DNA of 64,000 nucleotides, taken from the IMG/VR virus record IMGVR_UViG_3300031182_000006; one strand, written 5' to 3'. This stretch comes from an uncultured virus (IMG/VR IMGVR_UViG_3300031182_000006). Taxonomy: Duplodnaviria > Heunggongvirae > Uroviricota > Caudoviricetes. The notes under the pieces are model-generated. The model searched no databases, was not told the DNA's origin, and saw only the letters and a program-made list of their open reading frames with translations. Position 1 is the first letter of the stretch. The number at the start of each line of letters is the position of its first letter. Both the position numbers and the translations under genes were made by a program. Shown piece after piece: positions 58,384 through 64,000 of the stretch.

Positions 58384-59367
58384 TTATTTAAAGATGTCTG
58401 CAACTGTAAACGATTCCATTTCAGCCTGGAAGTCTTCGAAGCTATCATAACCTCCATCTGTCATCAGTTGGACAATCAGATTATCCTGATTATATGCGTC
58501 TTTCTTCTTCTTTTTCTTTTTCTTCTTTTCATCTTTAAAGATCTTCGAAATTCTCTTGCTAACACCAGCTTTACGCATGAGTTTAACAGAATTCCAGCCG
58601 AGCTTACCAAGCTCTCTATAGATGGAAACTTCGTCCATCGATTCTTTATTCATATATTGACCACGGAAGAATACAACCTCACGTTCTTCTTCTCTGGTAT
58701 CACGAAGTTTCTTAGCAAACGTACCGTCGCAATAATCCGACAAAGAGAAGACAGTATCATCACTTTCTTTCTTGTAATTTCCGCTATTTTTGGTCCGGAA
58801 ATATTCTTCCAAGAATTCAATACTATTCGAAATATTTTTCAAAGAAATTTTACGAGACGACTTAATCTCACCTTTTCTGATGAGTTTCTTAACAATTTTC
58901 TTTTTCTTTTTATCAACGTTTTTACTTCCGAAAACCCGAACAACGCCTTCTTTATTTTTTTCATTCTCAGGAACGTATAAATTCTCGATCTTATCGAGTG
59001 TTTCTTCATTGATATCGTAACTTCTCCGCTTACTGATGATAATATTGTTTTTCAATGAAAATTTATTGAGTTCGTTAAGTTTGAGTCCCGGTTTAGGCGG
59101 AATAAACTCTGTAACCTGATTATATTTAATTTTCAATTTAAGAATTTCAACGCCACCATACTTCTTTGCCAACAACGACATGTATTCATTATAGATGGTA
59201 ACTGCTTTGAGAAAATCTGTGATGTCCTTATATCTTCTGCGAATCCTTCTAGCTTCCCGTTCAAGTTCGCTGGAAGGTTCGTCGTTGAATCTATGATAGT
59301 TATCACCGAAATCTTGCACATATACTTCGAGTAATGCGCTTTTAGCAGTTCCGAAATTAATCTGCAT
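58384..59367 (-). CDS. hypothetical Lys-rich protein
   Basis: 327 aa, GAGGAGG RBS, TATATATTAT at 59407-59416. Confidence 0.7.
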   Translation of the reverse strand: MQINFGTAKSALLEVYVQDFGDNYHRFNDEPSSELEREARRIRRRYKDITDFLKAVTIYNEYMSLLAKKYGGVEILKLKIKYNQVTEFIPPKPGLKLNELNKFSLKNNIIISKRRSYDINEETLDKIENLYVPENEKNKEGVVRVFGSKNVDKKKKKIVKKLIRKGEIKSSRKISLKNISNSIEFLEEYFRTKNSGNYKKESDDTVFSLSDYCDGTFAKKLRDTREEEREVVFFRGQYMNKESMDEVSIYRELGKLGWNSVKLMRKAGVSKRISKIFKDEKKKKKKKKKDAYNQDNLIVQLMTDGGYDSFEDFQAEMESFTVADIFK

Positions 59368-59504
59368 TTATTTTTCCTCCTCATTAATACGATTTTCGAT
59401 GTAGTTATAATATATATTCTATTTTTAAATAAAAAATGTTAGAGTGATATTTACTAAAAAATATCACTCTAACATTTGTCTTTATTTTTTATTCTTGTTT
59501 CTAT

Positions 59505-60326
59505 TTAGGAGGTTAGAACGTCAATCGCCCAGCTATCGAGCTCATCTTTTAGACGGTCCACCTCGGAGAGATCAAAGCAGAAAACATCATGTTTCTCAGG
59601 CTCCCCAGATTTGATCTTACTGATGAAATCTTCGTTTATCTCGTTTACATCTATTTGGTAAATAAGCCCTATATGTTCGAGATCTGTGAATGTTTTTGTT
59701 TTAAGCAGACCAAAAGTTGGGTACTCAGGAATGGATTTGAGGATTTTGTCTTTGATCGAACTATCCTCAAACATAAGTTCTTCTTCGATCTCTCTCTTAA
59801 TAGACAGACGCAAATAATTTATTTCGGGATTAAAATAGATCTCAGGACTGAATTCGACGTGTCCTTGGATCAATGTGATCTTTTTTGCTATACGATTATT
59901 TTCATTAGTTTTAAGCATAATCACTTTCTTCCCGTCAGTAATAAATGCGCCTACGACAATCTGTCTGTATCTAACATCATATTCAGCGTCACAGCGCTGA
60001 ATAAATCGTACAAAAGGATCTTGTGTATAAAGCAATTTATTACTAAAAACAAAGTTTCCGTCATGAGCCAGTTCTTGTTCTTTTGAGTTTACATTCAAAG
60101 TAAAGACGGGCCAATCCGAATCCTCTGTGTAAATTATGTCAGATGCCAGACAGAGAAGATATTTTGAATATTTTTCTTTGTCGAACCTGAGAAGAGAGTT
60201 TCTCAGCTCATATTTGATATAGTTATAGCTATCGGAATCTACTGGGTGTTTACGGAGTTCAGACTCAAGATCCCGAATCCTCTCCAATGTTACGGGACTC
60301 TCCCGATCCATATAATTTTCGGACAT
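59505..60326 (-). CDS. NUDIX hydrolase
   Basis: GHVE...KREIEEEL Nudix box variant; RCDAEYDVRYRQI. Confidence 0.75.
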   Translation of the reverse strand: MSENYMDRESPVTLERIRDLESELRKHPVDSDSYNYIKYELRNSLLRFDKEKYSKYLLCLASDIIYTEDSDWPVFTLNVNSKEQELAHDGNFVFSNKLLYTQDPFVRFIQRCDAEYDVRYRQIVVGAFITDGKKVIMLKTNENNRIAKKITLIQGHVEFSPEIYFNPEINYLRLSIKREIEEELMFEDSSIKDKILKSIPEYPTFGLLKTKTFTDLEHIGLIYQIDVNEINEDFISKIKSGEPEKHDVFCFDLSEVDRLKDELDSWAIDVLTS

Positions 60327-60359
60327 TTAAAAGCTCCTTTCCGTTTCTACTTCCCCATA

Positions 60360-61004
60360 TTAATTTGTTTTTTGAGATTTATTTTTTAATTTATATTCTT
60401 CATATGCTTCTTTAACACCTTTATCACAGAGCGAGTTTTGAAGGATGATAAACGCAAATTCTTCATCGCTAACCTTACAATTATTAAATTTTTCAAATTT
60501 TTTCTTAACTTGTTTCATATTTTTACTAGAAACATGTGAGTTTACATGAAAGAATTCAACCTTGATCTTTTTCTCTTTCTTCAACCACTCTATATATGCA
60601 AAAGATTTCAATATCTCTTCTTGATTGATAACTGGCTCATTGTTCGAATTATACAAAATACCATTTTTCGCTCTCCTTATCCAACCATATATCCATTTAG
60701 TTAAGGAATTATAATAAAGCATCGAATCGGTAAAAACTTTTACTTGATATTCTCCTTTATATAATTCACTTTCTTTGATTTTTTGAACAACCCATTCCAA
60801 ACCTTTTCTAATAGCATTGATTTCTGAGAAATTTCCTGTCGCATTTACATTGACATTTTTCTCCTCATATGCCAACTCAGGCTTAGAATTATCTATAACA
60901 TGCAACACACGAACTGATGTTACAGAATCGAATTTAGGTGGTTTTTCTTGGGTTCGAAATTGGCCACCATCAGTAAATATGAGAAACTTTATCATCATAG
61001 TCAC
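60360..61004 (-). CDS. ribonuclease HI-like protein
   Basis: FTDGG, EINAI, TDS, HVNSH, NSLCD. Confidence 0.85.
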   Translation of the reverse strand: MTMMIKFLIFTDGGQFRTQEKPPKFDSVTSVRVLHVIDNSKPELAYEEKNVNVNATGNFSEINAIRKGLEWVVQKIKESELYKGEYQVKVFTDSMLYYNSLTKWIYGWIRRAKNGILYNSNNEPVINQEEILKSFAYIEWLKKEKKIKVEFFHVNSHVSSKNMKQVKKKFEKFNNCKVSDEEFAFIILQNSLCDKGVKEAYEEYKLKNKSQKTN

Positions 61005-61005
61005 C

Positions 61006-61320
61006 TCATTCTTCTATGCATGTTATGTATTCGGGTGGTATAACATCAATCGCAATTAATTCATCATCATATACTCCCTGAATAAGTGGGAAATCATCCG
61101 GTAGAGTTACCTTTAAAATTACAGTTTCCTCATCTTCGCCAAAGAAATCTTCGTCCATCCAACTACCCAAAGCATCTTCTAATGCTTCAATTGTTTTAAA
61201 TAAATAAACTCCTTTCGGATCATTTACACGTATGGTATTTTTACCAATTTGTGGAATAAGCCCTTGTTTCATTATGGATTCTTTATTTTCTGCTTTTGTT
61301 ATATGATAACAATAACGCAT
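61006..61320 (-). CDS. ADP-ribosyltransferase-fold protein
   Basis: YHIT...SIMKQGL.P, VYLF, E...IPPEYI. Confidence 0.6.
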   Translation of the reverse strand: MRYCYHITKAENKESIMKQGLIPQIGKNTIRVNDPKGVYLFKTIEALEDALGSWMDEDFFGEDEETVILKVTLPDDFPLIQGVYDDELIAIDVIPPEYITCIEE

Positions 61321-61369
61321 TTTTACATCACCTTACCTAAAAGTTGCTCAAAAAAATGAACTATAATAT

Positions 61370-61451
61370 AAGGCGGCCGCCTTGCCATCTGGTTTGACCT
61401 CCTTCATCCCATTGGGCTTGTATACATTCGTTGTATACAGGCCGCCTTTTT
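61370..61451 (+). ncRNA. candidate small RNA of about 80 nt with anti-SD sequence
   Basis: AACT-N6-TA at 61359-61370; aaggcggcc/ggccgcctt closing stem with T-run; ACCTCCTT at 61397-61404. Confidence 0.55.
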
Positions 61452-61505
61452 ATTCTATAAATAAAAAATATACCGTATACCTTCATTGAGGTATACGGTA
61501 TATTT

Positions 61506-61844
61506 TTATTGTCTTTTTACCGAAATGACATCAAATTTATACTCATTAAATCCGTTAAACAACGAATCATCAACTTCAAGTAAAAGGGAGTTACGAATTC
61601 TTCCTTTGATATATGCATCATTGTCATATCTAAACTCTTTTTTCACAGCTTCGGTAAGCTGGTCTTTGAAGTTTTTCATTGCCGCATAAGGTACAAATTC
61701 TCCGGTCTCGCGGCCAGCAAAGTCGTAATCTTCTAGTTTAAGTTCGGGAAAACCAATAACAATACAGCTTATTTTCTTCGTTTCATCATTTCTCCCAATT
61801 AGTACCCTAAACGAAAAGATAGTTGGTTTATCATAGAACATCAT
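61506..61844 (-). CDS. hypothetical protein
   Basis: 112 aa, GGAGG RBS. Confidence 0.6.
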   Translation of the reverse strand: MMFYDKPTIFSFRVLIGRNDETKKISCIVIGFPELKLEDYDFAGRETGEFVPYAAMKNFKDQLTEAVKKEFRYDNDAYIKGRIRNSLLLEVDDSLFNGFNEYKFDVISVKRQ

Positions 61845-61871
61845 ACCCTCCGCCGTCCTCTCCCAAGATCA

Positions 61872-62540
61872 TTATTTAGTAACAATTTCGTCTAGAGTTT
61901 CTGGAAGAATGAATCCATCGACCTCAAGATAAGTATATTTCGTTTCAATAATACTCATATCTTGTTTTTCAATTTCTTTCGACATTTTAAGTTTAATTTG
62001 GAGCATTTCCTTGAGATCGTCAGAGATATATTCATCATATTCCTCGATGAATTGAATGAAATTTCCTCTGACGTTTTGAAGCGGGATAAAAAGTTTACCA
62101 GAATGTACCAATTGATGAACAGTGGTTGACAAGGGAATAAGACCGACCTTGTTCTGATAATGAAGTTTCATAACTTCTTTCGCAATCTTGAGCGGTCTGA
62201 TCGGATTTCCCTCACGAATCCATTTTTCAAGCACAATTTGGGTAATATCATAAAGGGTAAAAGGTTCGTGATGAATCTCAATGGACACTTTACCTTTACC
62301 GTTTTTTACCACACCTTGAAAGAATGAGCATTGTGTCATGTCAATATATTCACGCAGGTAACCAGTATAGTCTTTATTTTCAAGAGATGAGCGAACATCC
62401 CGCTCGATGCTTTTGATTAACTTAACTTTATCTTTATCAGATGTAATGACAACATTTCGACTTGTCGGGGGAATATTTTCTATTCTTTTTACCTCTATTT
62501 TACTATCATTGGTGTAAGATTCAATCTTAGGTAATCGCAT
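61872..62540 (-). CDS. His-rich HNH-like protein
   Basis: IEIHHEPFTLYD...LSTTVHQLVH. Confidence 0.65.
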   Translation of the reverse strand: MRLPKIESYTNDSKIEVKRIENIPPTSRNVVITSDKDKVKLIKSIERDVRSSLENKDYTGYLREYIDMTQCSFFQGVVKNGKGKVSIEIHHEPFTLYDITQIVLEKWIREGNPIRPLKIAKEVMKLHYQNKVGLIPLSTTVHQLVHSGKLFIPLQNVRGNFIQFIEEYDEYISDDLKEMLQIKLKMSKEIEKQDMSIIETKYTYLEVDGFILPETLDEIVTK

Positions 62541-62590
62541 TTTTTAACCCCCTCTACTGAAGTTTTAATTCATAGTGTTACATGACGGAT

Positions 62591-62839
62591 TTAGATTTCC
62601 ACAAGCATATTTTCTACAACGTTTTCAACCTTTTCCTCAATATCTTCATTGTCATGATCGTATTCAGGAATATTTGAAACCAATTTCTTGATTTCAGGAT
62701 CGTTTTCCGCACCGATCACAGCAATATCGGGGTCATTGAGAAAAATATCTTTAACGTCTACCGAATTTTCAAGTACAGAATCATTCACAGATTCCTGTTC
62801 TTTATATTTATGAATAGATTTTTTAAGATCGTTAAACAT
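62591..62839 (-). CDS. small acidic protein
   Basis: 82 aa, GGGGAG RBS. Confidence 0.6.
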   Translation of the reverse strand: MFNDLKKSIHKYKEQESVNDSVLENSVDVKDIFLNDPDIAVIGAENDPEIKKLVSNIPEYDHDNEDIEEKVENVVENMLVEI

Positions 62840-62867
62840 ACCAATCTCCCCTTATGAGGTTTTTACA

Positions 62868-63314
62868 TTAATGTTTTAGGACGACGTAGTTGATTATCTC
62901 TTTCATATCAAAATACTCATCGGGGGTAACGCATGATTCTCCATCTTCATCCAAATCTTCAAGTATCCTCTGTATAAAAATAAAAAACTGAGCTAAAATC
63001 TTTCTCTCCTTTTTACCAAATTTAATATATTTCGCCATTTTCTTTATTTCGCTATAAAATAAACCCAATTCTTCAATCCTACCTAAAGCTATTGCTTTAG
63101 CCTCATCCAACTCATAGTCGAATAGGGCCATCTTATACAAAGGATTCCATCTCAATTCACGATCTTCAATATCCTCCACCCCGGTTGTATCTATATCCGA
63201 CACTTTACAAATGTCATAGTTCTTAAATCCTCTTGATTTCAAAAATGACTTTAATATCTTCTTTTTCCTAGCGTAACCAACAAAATTATTATTTCGAAAG
63301 ATCAAATAGATCAT
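62868..63314 (-). CDS. hypothetical protein, paralogous family
   Basis: similar layout to 63311..63796. Confidence 0.65.
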   Translation of the reverse strand: MIYLIFRNNNFVGYARKKKILKSFLKSRGFKNYDICKVSDIDTTGVEDIEDRELRWNPLYKMALFDYELDEAKAIALGRIEELGLFYSEIKKMAKYIKFGKKERKILAQFFIFIQRILEDLDEDGESCVTPDEYFDMKEIINYVVLKH

Positions 63315-63796
63315 TCGCTCACATTCCTTCCAATTATTTTAAATGCCATTTTTCCAAGATTGAAGAAAATATCCTCAGGTGAATCTTCATCGGGAGCTAT
63401 TTCATATTCGAATCTATTGGAATATTCATTGAGATGATGAATGACCATGGAAATAAATTCCAATACTGTTGTATATTCATCATCCTTCAGTTTCAAAAAT
63501 GGTAATATTCCCTCAAAAAGATTTTTTAGTGTAGAATTTATATCCAAGATCATTTGATCAAATGATATACTAAAGTATTCGAACTCATCTGGGAACATTA
63601 CTACTCCCGAGACAAGTACTGCATTTATGTCTATTTCTCTTAAATATTCTTCTATTTCATCAGCATCAACTTTCTCAATTTTGTATTGTTTCATATCTCT
63701 TTGCTTCTTGAAACATTTTAAAATTTCTTTATTTGGTATAATCCCTATAAGGGAGTAATCTTGGTCTATATCAAGTACTGCATATACTTTTCCCAT
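63311..63796 (-). CDS. hypothetical protein, paralogous family
   Basis: 161 aa, AGGAGG RBS. Confidence 0.65.
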   Translation of the reverse strand: MGKVYAVLDIDQDYSLIGIIPNKEILKCFKKQRDMKQYKIEKVDADEIEEYLREIDINAVLVSGVVMFPDEFEYFSISFDQMILDINSTLKNLFEGILPFLKLKDDEYTTVLEFISMVIHHLNEYSNRFEYEIAPDEDSPEDIFFNLGKMAFKIIGRNVSE

Positions 63797-63810
63797 AATT
63801 TTACCTCCTT

Positions 63811-63999
63811 TTATGGGTCAAATACTCCAAGGGCAGGTTCTATAATTTTATCCATTTTGAAAAATCTATCGTTAACCATTTGGTATTCGAATATGTTACA
63901 TTCCATAGATTTTTCACTATATTCTTTTTGATGCATGACGACTATCTCAATGAAATCCATCAAAATAGTCATCTCATTTTTATCTAATTTAATGATAGG
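63811..63999 (-). CDS. partial CDS running off the window, third paralog
   Basis: PIIKLDKNEMTILMDFIEIVVMHQKEYS aligns with PFLKLKDDEYTTVLEFISMVIHHLNEYS. Confidence 0.6.
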   Translation of the reverse strand, partial: PIIKLDKNEMTILMDFIEIVVMHQKEYSEKSMECNIFEYQMVNDRFFKMDKIIEPALGVFDP

Positions 64000-64000
64000 C

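Noticed and set aside
130..60086. Long antisense ORFs such as 130..675, 4538..5167, 11583..12371, 17332..18096, 39582..40157, 56826..57728, 59589..60086
   Set aside because: Shadow frames of well-supported genes on the opposite strand, without RBS or motifs
1..64000. tRNA/rRNA genes, group I introns, inteins, recoded stop codons
   Set aside because: No cloverleaf or rRNA-like sequence noticed by eye; core genes are uninterrupted and of expected size under the standard code
1..64000. Bacterial chromosome origin suggested by ppk1 and RNAP genes
   Set aside because: beta' is split and highly diverged, genes are interleaved with tail and lysis genes, and phage-type promoter motifs run throughout

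Overview
AT-rich, gene-dense segment of a jumbo phage of the phiKZ/AR9(PBS1)-related type, probably infecting an S-layer-bearing Bacillota host (the endolysin carries SLH domains). It encodes two separate RNA polymerase beta'-derived subunits, DnaB- and Dda/RecD-like helicases, an SbcD-like nuclease, RNase H, a lysis cassette, baseplate/tail genes, a complete polyphosphate kinase 1 and several phosphohydrolases. Main points: (1) two tandem genes in the tail-fibre locus, each built from 14 near-identical 132-bp beta-propeller blades with hypervariable loops, plus a collapsed third paralog; (2) about 2 kb of GC-rich temperate-phage-like DNA inserted into a tail-fibre gene between perfect 75-bp direct repeats; (3) three unannotated candidate non-coding RNAs bounded by a promoter motif and terminator: a ~193-nt GC-rich rod of 6S-RNA size, an ~80-nt RNA carrying an anti-Shine-Dalgarno sequence, and an ~60-nt RNA complementary to the RBS of a gene in this window; (4) two recurrent promoter motifs (TATATATTAT and WACW-N6-TA) that appear to separate early from late genes. 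All calls come from reading the sequence by eye; no searches were run.
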